From the NCBI GenBank assembly GCA_038872135.1, contig JAVZGN010000015.1, forward strand, positions 1 through 24,665: a DNA stretch of 24,665 bases. Direction: 5' to 3'. Each line of letters begins with the position of its first letter. The stretch's first letter is position 1. Under the pieces are notes generated by a model, which worked only from the letters and a program-made list of their open reading frames with translations, was not told the origin of the DNA and made no database searches. This DNA is from Candidatus Hadarchaeales archaeon. GTDB lineage: Archaea > Hadarchaeota > Hadarchaeia > Hadarchaeales > Hadarchaeaceae. The position numbers and the translations under genes were made by a program. Positions 8,200 through 17,470 of the stretch are shown here, piece by piece.

Positions 8200-9990
8200 A
8201 TGAAGGAGTCTATCAGACAGCCAATCATCGCAGTCCTCGGGCATGTGGATCACGGGAAGACATCGCTTCTCGACAGGATAAGGGGGACATCTGTGGCAGC
8301 AAGAGAACCCGGAGCGATAACCCAGCATGTTGGGGCCACGGAAGTTCCGGCCGCTGCGATAAAAAAATTCTGCGGTCCCCTTCTAGAAAAGTTCAAGATT
8401 GAGATAAAGATACCTGGGCTTCTTTTCATTGATACTCCCGGGCATGAGGCCTTCACGAACTTGAGGAAGAGGGGAGGGGCGCTGGCAGATCTTGCTGCGC
8501 TGGTAATCGACATCAACGAGGGGGTGATGCCCCAGACGATTGAGTCCATAACCATTCTCAAGACCTTCAAGACTCCCTTTATGGTGGTCGCCAACAAAAT
8601 AGATACCATCCCCGGGTGGAAACCTTTCCCGCAGGCCCCATTCCTTGAAACAATTTCTAAACAGGGGAGAGGGGTTCAGCTGGCCCTGGATGAGAAAATT
8701 TACAGGCTTGTGGGCAGCCTCTATGAGCATGGGTTTGAGTCGGAGAGGTTTGACAGAATCACTGAATTCAGGAGGCAGGTGAGCATAGTGCCGGCCAGCG
8801 CAAAGACCGGGGAGGGAGTGCAGGAGGTCTTAGTTGTCCTCTTCGGGCTTGCCCAGAGATACCTGGAGGAGGAGCTGAGAGTGAGGGTCTCTGGAAGGGC
8901 GAGGGGTACTGTTCTCGAGGTAAAGGAGGAGACTGGACTTGGAGCAACCCTTGACGTTATCATCTACGATGGATGCCTGAGGAGGGGGGACCTCTTCGCG
9001 ACATGCCGGCTTGATGGCCCCACAGTCTCTAAGGTAAGGGCAATTCTGAAGCCCAAGCCCCTTGACGAGATAAGGGACCCTGAGGAGAAGTTCTCCTCTG
9101 TGGCTGAGGTCTACGCTGCAGCGGGGGTGAAAGTTGCCGCCCCGGGGCTTGAGGGGGTTGTGGCTGGAGCCCCCTTCCAGGTAATTGAGGAGGAGGTGGA
9201 TGCAAGAAGGGTCTGGGAGGAGATGCAGGCGGAGCTGGAGAGCGTGAAGATTTCTTCAGACATAAATGGGGTTGTTGTGAAGGCTGATGCCATCGGGTCT
9301 TTGGAGGCCATCGAGGGGCAGCTAAAGGCGAAGAGCATCCCCATCAGGCTTGCGGATATAGGCAGTGTTTCCAAGAGGGATGTTGTTGAAGCCGCCACAG
9401 TTGCCGCCGATGAACCTCCCCTTGGGGCTGTGCTGGCTTTTAACGTTGATGTTCTAGAAGACGCCGCGGCAGAGGCCGAGAAGAGGGGCATAGAAATCAT
9501 GAGGGAGAATGTGATTTACAGGTTGATTGAAATGTATGAGGAGTGGGCGAAGAAGAAGAGGGAGGAGGTTAGGGAGAAAAAACTTGAGGTCTACGTGAGG
9601 CCGGCGAAGCTGGCTGTCAAACCTGGCTATGTGTTCAGGAGGAGCGAGCCGGCCATTGTCGGTGTCGATATCCTTGGTGGAGTCCTGAGGCCGAAGGCCC
9701 CCCTGATGAAAGCAGATGGAAAGAAGATTGGCGTGGTGAAAGAGATTCAGAGGGAGAAGAAGCCGGTTCATGTGGCGAGGCTGGGCGACGAGCTTGCCAT
9801 CTCCATAGAGGGGGGAGTTGTGGGGAGAAACCTGGAGGAGGGAGACATCCTTTACACAGATATTCCACGGGATCATGTGCTGGTTCTCAAAAGGGATTTC
9901 AGGGAGTTCCTTTCAGGTGATGAGCTGGCGGTGCTGGATGAAATAATCTCCATCAAGCAGCGGGAAGATCCAACCTATGGGGTGCTGTGA
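8200..9990 (+). CDS. infB: Translation initiation factor aIF5B (IF-2)
   Basis: 'RQPIIAVLGHVDHGKTSLLD', 'ITQHVGAT', 'DTPGHEAF', 'NKID', 'VFRRSEPAIVGV'; start trimmed to ATG 8200; no intein seen. Confidence 0.97.
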   Translation: MKESIRQPIIAVLGHVDHGKTSLLDRIRGTSVAAREPGAITQHVGATEVPAAAIKKFCGPLLEKFKIEIKIPGLLFIDTPGHEAFTNLRKRGGALADLAALVIDINEGVMPQTIESITILKTFKTPFMVVANKIDTIPGWKPFPQAPFLETISKQGRGVQLALDEKIYRLVGSLYEHGFESERFDRITEFRRQVSIVPASAKTGEGVQEVLVVLFGLAQRYLEEELRVRVSGRARGTVLEVKEETGLGATLDVIIYDGCLRRGDLFATCRLDGPTVSKVRAILKPKPLDEIRDPEEKFSSVAEVYAAAGVKVAAPGLEGVVAGAPFQVIEEEVDARRVWEEMQAELESVKISSDINGVVVKADAIGSLEAIEGQLKAKSIPIRLADIGSVSKRDVVEAATVAADEPPLGAVLAFNVDVLEDAAAEAEKRGIEIMRENVIYRLIEMYEEWAKKKREEVREKKLEVYVRPAKLAVKPGYVFRRSEPAIVGVDILGGVLRPKAPLMKADGKKIGVVKEIQREKKPVHVARLGDELAISIEGGVVGRNLEEGDILYTDIPRDHVLVLKRDFREFLSGDELAVLDEIISIKQREDPTYGVL

Positions 9991-9994
9991 AAAG

Positions 9995-10051
9995 ATTTCT
10001 TGACCATCAGCATCTTTATTTGTCCGGTGGCACGGGACCGAGTTTAGGCAT
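9995..10051 (-). pseudogene. HicA toxin remnant (N-terminus only)
   Basis: ATG at 10051 overlapping the hicB end reads MPKLGPVPPDK* and continues IKML in a shifted frame, resembling HicA N-termini (MPKL.P....IK.L). Confidence 0.5.
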
Positions 10052-10283
10052 GAACTTCTACTCTCTGAAGCCCAACGATTGACTGGGCAGCGCGGATGGC
10101 TTCAGACTTCTCCTCTTCCTCGAGAGTGTCCAGGTAAAGCTCGATCGCATCTTCGACATTTTTCATGAGCTCTTCAAGTGTATCACCTTGGGTGTGGCAG
10201 CCAGGAAGGGAGGGGACAAATGCCACGTAACCCCCGCTCTCGTCCTTCTGCACCACAACATCAAACGCTAACTTTTTCTTCAT
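10044..10283 (-). CDS. hicB: HicB-family antitoxin
   Basis: 'GGYVAFVPSLPGCHTQGDTLEELMKNVEDAIELYL' signature. Confidence 0.92.
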   Translation of the reverse strand: MKKKLAFDVVVQKDESGGYVAFVPSLPGCHTQGDTLEELMKNVEDAIELYLDTLEEEEKSEAIRAAQSIVGLQRVEVHA

Positions 10284-10447
10284 GCCACCATCAGCTGAAC
10301 ATTGGTCAGCAAACTAATAAACATTCCACCTTGGATGGCTGGAAAACGGAGTGGAGAACCATGCCCCACGGGTGAGCAGGAGTGAGGATTCGTATCTGGG
10401 AACTTGGCCTCTGAACGCATTATCCGAGCTTTACAGCACATTGATGA

Positions 10448-10522
10448 TGCCCCGGGCGGGATTTGAACCCGCGTCGCAGCCTCGAAAGGGCTGTATGATT
10501 GACCGGGCTACACCACCGGGGC
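10448..10522 (-). tRNA. tRNA-Glu(TTC)
   Basis: Reverse complement GCCCCGG...CAGCC-CT-TTC-GA-GGCTG...GGTTCAAATCC..CCGGGGCA folds into a cloverleaf; CCA not encoded. Confidence 0.96.
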
Positions 10523-10628
10523 ACAATCTCTCTTAGCACAGCCAAAATAAATGATTGCGTGCCGCAGAATTTCTGGCTCCTCTCAAACAACCTTTTTATC
10601 GCTCAGAGGTGAGGCTGAGAGGGATGGG

Positions 10629-10817
10629 ATGACTTTCGGACAGCTGCTCGTCTACCTCATCCTGGTCATCTCGGTGGTGATGGTCTGGCGGGGACTCTGG
10701 GGGCTCATGGATGAGTACCTCTTCCCCACAAACCGGAGACGCAGCTACTGGGTATCTTTTATCATTGGCTTCATCCTCATCAGCGTCTTCCTCTCGCTGG
10801 TGTCCCGCGTCCCGTGA
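10629..10817 (+). CDS. Small 2-TM membrane protein (WRGLWGLMD motif)
   Basis: 62-aa ORF from ATG 10629 with two hydrophobic helices; GAGGTGA at 10606-10612 upstream; co-oriented with the NUDIX gene. Confidence 0.7.
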   Translation: MTFGQLLVYLILVISVVMVWRGLWGLMDEYLFPTNRRRSYWVSFIIGFILISVFLSLVSRVP

Positions 10818-10829
10818 AGGAGGGAGCCC

Positions 10830-11237
10830 ATGGCCGATGTCGATGTAAAGGAGGTTGTGACCTGCTTCCTGGAAAACAACGGGAGAATCCTCATCCTGAA
10901 GCGGGGAGACAGAGTTAGGACCTACAAGGGGAAGTGGGGGGTTGTGGCCGGCTATGTGGAGAAAGGTGAAAACCCCGATGAAACAGCTGTCAGGGAAATC
11001 TCAGAGGAAGCCGGCTTTAGAGATGCGAGGCTGGTGGCAAAAGGGGAGCCCTATGAATTTTACGATTTTGAGGTTGGGATTCTCTGGAAAATCCACCCCT
11101 ACAGGTTTGCCGTGAACTCAGATCGCGTGCAGATCGACTGGGAGCATGTTGAGAGCAGGTGGATTCCCCCAGAGGAGCTGAAGAACTACGACACCGTCCC
11201 CATGCTACTGGAAAGCTGGAAGAGGGTCTCAAGGTGA
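10830..11237 (+). CDS. NUDIX hydrolase
   Basis: Nudix box 'GYVEKGENPDETAVREISEEAG'; 'DWEH...WI' motif. Confidence 0.92.
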   Translation: MADVDVKEVVTCFLENNGRILILKRGDRVRTYKGKWGVVAGYVEKGENPDETAVREISEEAGFRDARLVAKGEPYEFYDFEVGILWKIHPYRFAVNSDRVQIDWEHVESRWIPPEELKNYDTVPMLLESWKRVSR

Positions 11238-11248
11238 GAGTGGGTTCG

Positions 11249-11770
11249 ATGAAAGTCTGCGTTGGGTCAACAAACCCAACTAAAGTGATGGCTGTCGAGC
11301 GGGTGTTTTCCAGGATTTTCCGGGGAGTGAAAGTTGTTGGGATGGATGTAAACCCTGGAGTCTCCATTCAGCCGATGAGCGAAAGGGAGATAGTTCGGGG
11401 GGCGATCGGGAGGGCAAAGATGGCCCTCAAGGCTGGGGATGGGGATTTCGGTGTTGGGATTGAAGGGGGAGTTGCGAGGTTCGGGGGAAGATGGTACAAC
11501 TTGGGGTTCGTGGCCATCGTCGATAAAAGAGGAAGAATCGGGACCGGGACTTCAGGGTGGTTTGAGTGTCCGCCGAAAATCCTGAGGGAGCTTAAAAAGG
11601 GGAGAGAGCTTGGCGACGTAATGGATGACCTCACGGGGAGGAAAAACACGAAAAGAAGCGAGGGGGCGATTGGGATTTTCACCCGGGGGGCTGTGGACAG
11701 GACATCTCTCTATGAGCATGCTGTCTGGATGGCCCTCTGCAGATTCCTTTCACCGGAGTTTTTCAGATAA
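11249..11770 (+). CDS. yjjX: Inosine/xanthosine triphosphatase (YjjX family)
   Basis: 'VGSTNPTKV', 'GVSIQPM', 'GVGIEGG', 'ELGDVMD', 'GAIGIFT', 'DRTSLYE' motifs; alternative GTG start at 11234. Confidence 0.9.
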   Translation: MKVCVGSTNPTKVMAVERVFSRIFRGVKVVGMDVNPGVSIQPMSEREIVRGAIGRAKMALKAGDGDFGVGIEGGVARFGGRWYNLGFVAIVDKRGRIGTGTSGWFECPPKILRELKKGRELGDVMDDLTGRKNTKRSEGAIGIFTRGAVDRTSLYEHAVWMALCRFLSPEFFR

Positions 11771-11801
11771 AAGTTTAAGTGGAGGCCGAAATTTTCTTTT
11801 G

Positions 11802-12605
11802 ATGCCCAGGAGGAAAAAATTTCCAATTAAAATTTTTGCTGCTGGAGTGGTGATTGGGATGGTGCTGGGAAGCGGGGGCTATTTCCTCGCCCAGCATTTC
11901 CCGGCGCTCTGGGTTGGAAGGGCGAGCATCGATATTCAGAAGTGGTTAGAAAATTCCACCGGAGCTGTTGTCCCAATTGTCGCGGTTGCCAGCGGTGCCC
12001 AGACTTTCGGTGTTGTGTGCACCCTCGCCGTGAAGGTGGAGCCAGGGGATGGCTTCATCTATGTGAGCCCTGACCCCATGCTCGTTGGGTTTGACTTCCA
12101 AGACGCAGACAGAAAGGCTGTGAGGGTTGCCGGGAGCCTCGCGGGGTATCCTCTGGATGCCGATGGTGTCGGAATAAAGGGGCTGGATATAAAGTTTCTT
12201 GTGGTGGGGCCGGGGCAGCAGGTTCAGATAGAGGCAATCGATGGACCGAGCGCTGGGGCGGCAACTACCATCGCTCTTCTGGCTGCCCTGGAAAACAGAA
12301 GAGTTAGAGAAAACACAATAATCACCGGGACGATTGAAGAGGATGGAAGCATAGGGCAGGTTGGAGGAATTTTTTACAAGGCGCAGGCGGCTCATGAGGC
12401 CGGGGCAACGCTTTTCCTCGTCCCCCGGGGCCAGAGCACCGTTACCGTCTATAGGGAAGTTACCAGAAAAGTTGGGCCGTGGACATTTGTGAGCTATCAA
12501 CCAGAGCTTATCAACCTCAACCAGTATTCGCAGAGCCAGGGGTGGGGAATGGAAATCGCTGAAGTCTCCACCATTCAGCAGGCCGCAGCTCTCATGCTCG
12601 AGTGA
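11802..12605 (+). CDS. Membrane-anchored S16 (Lon C-terminal-like) serine protease lacking an ATPase domain
   Basis: N-terminal hydrophobic helix; catalytic 'DGPSAG' and 'ITGTIEEDGSIGQVGGIFYKAQAA' (Ser-Lys dyad). Confidence 0.88.
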   Translation: MPRRKKFPIKIFAAGVVIGMVLGSGGYFLAQHFPALWVGRASIDIQKWLENSTGAVVPIVAVASGAQTFGVVCTLAVKVEPGDGFIYVSPDPMLVGFDFQDADRKAVRVAGSLAGYPLDADGVGIKGLDIKFLVVGPGQQVQIEAIDGPSAGAATTIALLAALENRRVRENTIITGTIEEDGSIGQVGGIFYKAQAAHEAGATLFLVPRGQSTVTVYREVTRKVGPWTFVSYQPELINLNQYSQSQGWGMEIAEVSTIQQAAALMLE

Positions 12606-12810
12606 TCAGCTCCACGAGTCTTCTTCTCCTTGCAAGGCCTCCAACCAGCCTGACCTCGCACCCGAAGTGTTTTGAGAGGAGCCTGAGGAGCGCCAGGTTG
12701 GCCTTTCCACTTTCAGGCGGCTCCTTTACTTTCACCACCAATGGGGTTCCCTCGACAGCCTCCTCAACTGGGGAGTTTGAGATAACCTTCACTTGAATGA
12801 TTCTGCCCGT
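12592..12810 (-). CDS. DUF167 (UPF0235/YggU) family protein, start uncertain
   Basis: 'IIQVKV..NS...LVVKVKEPPESGKANLALLRLLSKHFG.EVRLV.G' signature; the expected start position holds ACG. Confidence 0.7.
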   Translation of the reverse strand, partial: TGRIIQVKVISNSPVEEAVEGTPLVVKVKEPPESGKANLALLRLLSKHFGCEVRLVGGLARRRRLVELITRA

Positions 12811-13166
12811 CTTGCTCGTGCTATGATTGTAGCAAATATTGAAAAGTTTGCTATAATGATGGCAAATTTTAAAATTTAGCCTGGCGCAAAGCTTTCTGAA
12901 ATGAGCCAGAGCAAGCCAGCTGAAGCATGCAATGTCCTTCCCAAAAGAACTTACGACTCGGTGGACGGTAGCAGGAGCATCAGGCACCGGGAGAAGCCGA
13001 TTGCCCTGTTAGAGAAGCATCCCAACGGCGGGCAACCATCAAAAGTGGGTGATGGAGCGTGGTGGATGAATTTCTCGCTAGTTGCGGGAAGCATCCGGGT
13101 GGTTAATTTTGCTCAAGTTTTGGACGATTCTTGCAAAGTTTTTTCTCCGCGAGACGATGGATAACC

Positions 13167-13243
13167 GGGCCGGTAGTCTAGCCAGGATAGGACGCGGGCC
13201 TCCGGAGCCTGCAGCACGGGTTCGAATCCCGTCCGGCCCGCCA
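13167..13243 (+). tRNA. tRNA-Arg(CCG), CCA encoded; anchor of the island
   Basis: GGGCCGG/CCGGCCC acceptor stem, anticodon arm CGGGC-CT-CCG-GA-GCCTG, T-loop GGTTCGAATCC, G73, CCA at 13241-13243. Confidence 0.96.
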
Positions 13244-13458
13244 CCGACAAGAACTCGGGGCAAAATAAACTGGTGAACCTCCCCTTACTCGCTCCCACCC
13301 CGCATCCACGGGCATCATCCTTTCAGGGGAGACCCCGGCAGTGCCGGGCGTTAGTCACCAATCTACTCTCCGTGGGGCGATGTTTATGGCTTTTGGCGAG
13401 TCAAAAGGCAGACGCTAAAGATCATGGATTGTTTGACATGGCGGTGCTACCCTCGGGC

Positions 13459-16400
13459 TCATTTGGCTGCGCTGACCCTCCGCTCGACCGTCAGGTCTAC
13501 TTGGCGCTGTATGTTCTCGACATCCGCATCCTTGATGCCCAAGATTTTTGCCACGGCGCGGTCGATCTCGTATATCTTGGGCTTGAGCTTCTCAATCTGC
13601 TCCTTGGTTGAGGCGCCACCGATTTTCCTCGCTTCATGTTCTAAATCGCCGAAAAGCTTAGCCAGCGATTTCAACTGTTTTTCATCCAGTTTGTTTACGT
13701 CAAGGATTGGCATTTCTCTGGCAACATTTATCTCGAAACCAATTATCCCGCCAGGGCTTTTTCTACCGTTAGTTTCGATGTAGGCCTGCGTAAAGCTTGA
13801 GTTGAGATATGCTAAAAGCGCTTTAGTTTTGATTTCATCAAAAGACACGCCTTTCTTAGGAATCAAAGCTATCAGTGCATGATAAGTAGCCACTGGAAAA
13901 TTACACCATATAAATCTGGTCTTGTACCATGCTTGGTAAATTGCAAATATCGGTGCTGTGACCACACCACCCAAGTCGTACCAACCATAGAATTTCTTCT
14001 TTTCTTTTGCCCTGTTTTTCGCTGCTTCAGTTTCATTTGCTAGCCTTCCTCCCCCTCGGCTTCCTCGTATCTTTGTTCTGCACTCGGTCTCGCCCCATTT
14101 GATGTAGCCCACAACCTCTTTGGGCAGTTTTTCTTTTGGAGAATGACCGATGAACATGTAACACTTATCATCTGATTTGTGCATCTCCTCCCAGTCCTCC
14201 TCGGTAAAAGTGAAGAAGTTGGTCTGTCTGGCGCTTGTTATGGCCGGGTACACCAAAGCCTCGTCCAAAGAGGCCTTTGGGTAAGCCCATTCTTCAAGCC
14301 CGAAATCTTTGATTTTGGACGGCGACAAGTAGTGGAATTCGCTGGAACCTGGATCTGGTCTTTTTCCATGAGAGATGGACCATTGGGCCCATGTGGTGTT
14401 CCCTCTTAACGGCTCGAAAATCTCGCCAAGTTTTATCATAAGCGGGTGTTCTGAAATATCCACAGTCTTGAAGAACATGTCTATCCATTTTCTATCTCTC
14501 GGGATCTCTCCCTGCTTAACGAGCCTAACCTCGAATTTCTCTGATTTTCCGGTCTGAATCGCTTTCAAAAGAGCGCCAACATCCTCCTTCTCGACCTCAC
14601 CGGGGATGTGTATAAAAACAGTTTCATTTTCTAGTCTTTTTGCTTCATCACTCTCCCGCTCCGCAAGCACTATGCACGTTGTTACCAAGGCATCTTTGAA
14701 AAGTTTGAGAGCAGTGTCAATAATTGCCTTTATCCTGAAGTTGTCGAGGAGAAAATTCCCAAACCCTATTCCATAATCTGTCTGGAGCCAGGTGTTGGAA
14801 ATGATCATTCCAAGCCGTCCCCCTTCTTTCAAAAAGTCCGTCGCATGCATTATCCAGTAGGTGTAAATCCCTGGTTCAACACCCCTCGAAACTTGAGGCG
14901 TCAACCCGTACTTTTTCATCTGCTTTTCCAAGTGTTTCTTGATCAACGCCTTGGACTCTTCAGGTATCTCAGTCCACCGGGTGTACGGAGGGTTCCCGAT
15001 TACTGCGTCAAATTTCGGGAACACTACCTCCCGCTCCTCGTCCCTCACAATTCCCTTGACCTTGTACGGGCTCAGAACCTTCTGCCCGGGCTTGATGGCA
15101 AAAAAGTCGGAAACCAGCACATTAAGGCTCGTGGAGGGGGCTCTGATGCTTTTGATCGATACCCCCATCGCCGTAAGGTGGGCCGGGAAGGGGTTTATAT
15201 CTAAAGCGTAGAGCTGGCTGAGAATTCTTTCATGAACCTCCGGGCGAACAATCGAAATCATGCTTGGACCAACTTTTAGCTCCCGAAGGCGCTTATACGC
15301 CTCCAGCAGGAACCCTCCACTCCCGACACCGGGATCCAGTACAATGTCTCCCTGGTCCCTGATGCACCATTTGGTTATAAGTTCGCAGACCCAAGGGGGC
15401 GTGTAAAACTGGCCGAACTGGTGCCTCTCCTCGGGCGGGATGAGCACCTCGTACATGTAGCCTATTTGATCCCCAATTTTGACGACATCAATGCTCTCAA
15501 GATCGTAAATGAAATCGTTGATATACTCCATCAACTCTGGGTCATCCGGGAGCAGGGACAGAAGCCTGTCATAAACTCCCGCCCGGAATATTGGCTCAAA
15601 ATCTTTGGTGGCGTCAATGGCTCTCTCAAAGTGGTAGCCGAGCTGTTCCTTGAACTTGGCCAGCGATGAATAGTCGAGCTCAACCATCGGGGGCAGGCTG
15701 TAGCTTTTCTCAAGAATCTTGCGAAAGATGAGTTTGTTCATCAAAACGTATGCCATCATGCGCGCCAAGATGTTTGTTGTCTGAAACAGCGCATCGGGAG
15801 TTGTCTTGTATCCGAGTTTTTCCACCTCGCTTCTAAAAATCTCGTCTTCTTTGAGCCTAGACTCCAGAAGGGGCGCACACCGCTCTGCCACCGTCCTCAC
15901 GAAGCCCCTGAACCTGCCTATCATCGCCTCGGTTGGTTCAGGTTTTGTCGGCTTTTTCTCGACATATTCTTTAGCAAGGGTCTCGAGTAGCGACTCAACA
16001 AATTCATGGCTCAGCGAGAGCTTCTGAACCTTGCCGACCATATGCTCTTCGAGGATGAAACGATACTTCCGTTTTATGGCATCCTTATAATTCCGCTCCA
16101 GCAGGGCCGCCCGATCGATATAATCCTCAATGTTCTTAGGGACTCTAAAAACCGCGATGTGCTCTGGGTTCGCCGTGGCAACAAATGGAACTTCGTGTTC
16201 GGGGTGGGAGCGCTTCCAGATTGCAGCGTAGCTCATAACCTGCCCAACCACGGAAGCATCGAGAGGGTCGAAAAGGGTTCCCCTGCCTTTCCCCTTTCGC
16301 TTGGTCTCGATAAACATGAATGGAATTTCGCCCCGCATAAAGAGTACTAGATCAACTTCTCTTCCGTCCACAGGATAGTCTCTCTCGACATGAGCGATCT

Positions 16401-16482
16401 CAATCCCGTGGAACCTTTTCCCTTTTGTAACCCGCTCGATCAATGCCCGTAACTCGTCCTGAATCTTGGCTTCCCGCTCCAT
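13459..16482 (-). CDS. Type IIG-like restriction-modification enzyme (fused PD-(D/E)xK nuclease, N6-adenine MTase, TRD)
   Basis: N-terminal 'EVDLVL...FIETKR'; 'GQFYTP', motif I 'DPGVGSGGF', motif IV 'NPPY'; 1007 aa. Confidence 0.88.
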   Translation of the reverse strand: MEREAKIQDELRALIERVTKGKRFHGIEIAHVERDYPVDGREVDLVLFMRGEIPFMFIETKRKGKGRGTLFDPLDASVVGQVMSYAAIWKRSHPEHEVPFVATANPEHIAVFRVPKNIEDYIDRAALLERNYKDAIKRKYRFILEEHMVGKVQKLSLSHEFVESLLETLAKEYVEKKPTKPEPTEAMIGRFRGFVRTVAERCAPLLESRLKEDEIFRSEVEKLGYKTTPDALFQTTNILARMMAYVLMNKLIFRKILEKSYSLPPMVELDYSSLAKFKEQLGYHFERAIDATKDFEPIFRAGVYDRLLSLLPDDPELMEYINDFIYDLESIDVVKIGDQIGYMYEVLIPPEERHQFGQFYTPPWVCELITKWCIRDQGDIVLDPGVGSGGFLLEAYKRLRELKVGPSMISIVRPEVHERILSQLYALDINPFPAHLTAMGVSIKSIRAPSTSLNVLVSDFFAIKPGQKVLSPYKVKGIVRDEEREVVFPKFDAVIGNPPYTRWTEIPEESKALIKKHLEKQMKKYGLTPQVSRGVEPGIYTYWIMHATDFLKEGGRLGMIISNTWLQTDYGIGFGNFLLDNFRIKAIIDTALKLFKDALVTTCIVLAERESDEAKRLENETVFIHIPGEVEKEDVGALLKAIQTGKSEKFEVRLVKQGEIPRDRKWIDMFFKTVDISEHPLMIKLGEIFEPLRGNTTWAQWSISHGKRPDPGSSEFHYLSPSKIKDFGLEEWAYPKASLDEALVYPAITSARQTNFFTFTEEDWEEMHKSDDKCYMFIGHSPKEKLPKEVVGYIKWGETECRTKIRGSRGGGRLANETEAAKNRAKEKKKFYGWYDLGGVVTAPIFAIYQAWYKTRFIWCNFPVATYHALIALIPKKGVSFDEIKTKALLAYLNSSFTQAYIETNGRKSPGGIIGFEINVAREMPILDVNKLDEKQLKSLAKLFGDLEHEARKIGGASTKEQIEKLKPKIYEIDRAVAKILGIKDADVENIQRQVDLTVERRVSAAK

Positions 16483-16576
16483 CTGTCAGCACCGTCTATG
16501 TTTTCATAGGATTTACGGTGTAACGGGTTAAAACTCTGTGGGGGGATATCGGTTGCCGGGGCGGTGGAGAGTGTGG

Positions 16577-16596
16577 ATCCAGTCCGGCCCGCCACC
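16577..16596 (+). repeat. att-like copy 2 of the tRNA-Arg 3' end
   Basis: atccagtccggcccgccacc vs 13226-13245 atcccgtccggcccgccacc, 19/20 identical. Confidence 0.9.
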
Positions 16597-16685
16597 AGCT
16601 CGGAAACCGACCCGTTGAGAAATGTTAGAAATGCGGCAGTTTTGTCTGCGGCTCACCCATGCGCGCTCTCACTTCCAGTAACCCG

Positions 16686-17111
16686 TCAACCCGAGATATC
16701 TAAAAATTGCCGTGGGGTCAGAATTTTCGCCCTCCTGAATCGTTTCAACTTGAGCAAGTGTTTGTCTCCGCTGACGATAAAATTGCAGTTAGCCTCCAAG
16801 ACGCACTCCAGTATTTTATTGTCCGCAGGATCTTCCTTTACGAGGATAACTCTTTCTTTTGGTTTAACCACCGTGCAGTTTTTCACTATGATTTGAAGTA
16901 TCTCTCGCGAGCTTATCCCGGCCAGTTTGAGCAACTCGCTGAGTTTGGGATACATCAGAACCCTCGATATTTCTTCCAAAATCTCTCTGGAAATGAACAA
17001 TTGTATTTCCCCGCTTTCGAAGATCCGGGAGAATTCTCTGCTCGGGGTCTTTTTTGTAAAAATCGACACCCATACATTGGTGTCTAAGACCGCTCCGACT
17101 TTCTTGCCCAT
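16686..17111 (-). CDS. PIN-domain toxin (PIN_3/VapC-like)
   Basis: 'VLDTNVWVS', 'ILEEI..VL.YPK', 'DPADNKILECVL...IVSGDKHLL' motifs. Confidence 0.92.
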   Translation of the reverse strand: MGKKVGAVLDTNVWVSIFTKKTPSREFSRIFESGEIQLFISREILEEISRVLMYPKLSELLKLAGISSREILQIIVKNCTVVKPKERVILVKEDPADNKILECVLEANCNFIVSGDKHLLKLKRFRRAKILTPRQFLDISG

Positions 17112-17353
17112 TCAAGCGCCTCAGAGATCAACTTGTCCACGTCGATTCCCTTTTCTCTTATGGTCTTCTCCATCCTTTCTCCTATTTCCTCTGCTGATAC
17201 CTCCAATTTTTTAAGCAGGATATCTCTGTCCTTGCTTATCACCAGAAGTTTTTCTCCAGCGCTTATCCCTAGTTTTTCCCTGAGTTCCTTTGGTATCACG
17301 ATTTGGCCCTTTGGCGAGACTTTTACCACGCCCTCGATTTTTTCATTCATCAT
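17084..17353 (-). CDS. AbrB/MazE-family antitoxin
   Basis: 'VKVSPKGQIVIPKELREKLGI..GEKL' motif; overlaps the PIN gene start; start trimmed to ATG 17353. Confidence 0.9.
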   Translation of the reverse strand: MMNEKIEGVVKVSPKGQIVIPKELREKLGISAGEKLLVISKDRDILLKKLEVSAEEIGERMEKTIREKGIDVDKLISEALEWARKSERS

Positions 17354-17436
17354 ACAATTCATACTTTTCTTACAAGTATCTAATGTCTTACTCATGAGAA
17401 ACAATCGATCGGGGTCGGTTTTCGAGGAGGTATAAA

Positions 17437-17454
17437 GAGTCCCGTCCGGCCCGC
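17437..17454 (+). repeat. att-like copy 3 of the tRNA-Arg 3' end
   Basis: gagtcccgtccggcccgc vs 13224-13241 gaatcccgtccggcccgc, 17/18. Confidence 0.88.
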
Positions 17455-17470
17455 TTTTGCGCGGGTTAGA

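Noticed and set aside
129-9876. Numerous antisense or overlapping ORFs in the track (e.g. 129-779, 3254-3619, 5759-6175, 9111-9500)
   Set aside because: They are shadows of well-supported genes on the opposite strand and have no recognisable motifs.
10361-10375. Possible att duplicate of the tRNA-Glu 3' end (atgcccc)
   Set aside because: Only about 7 bp match, which is expected by chance.
12830-13160. ORFs 12901-13164 and 13082-13276 upstream of or over tRNA-Arg as integrase fragments
   Set aside because: No tyrosine-recombinase motifs are recognisable in any frame I read.
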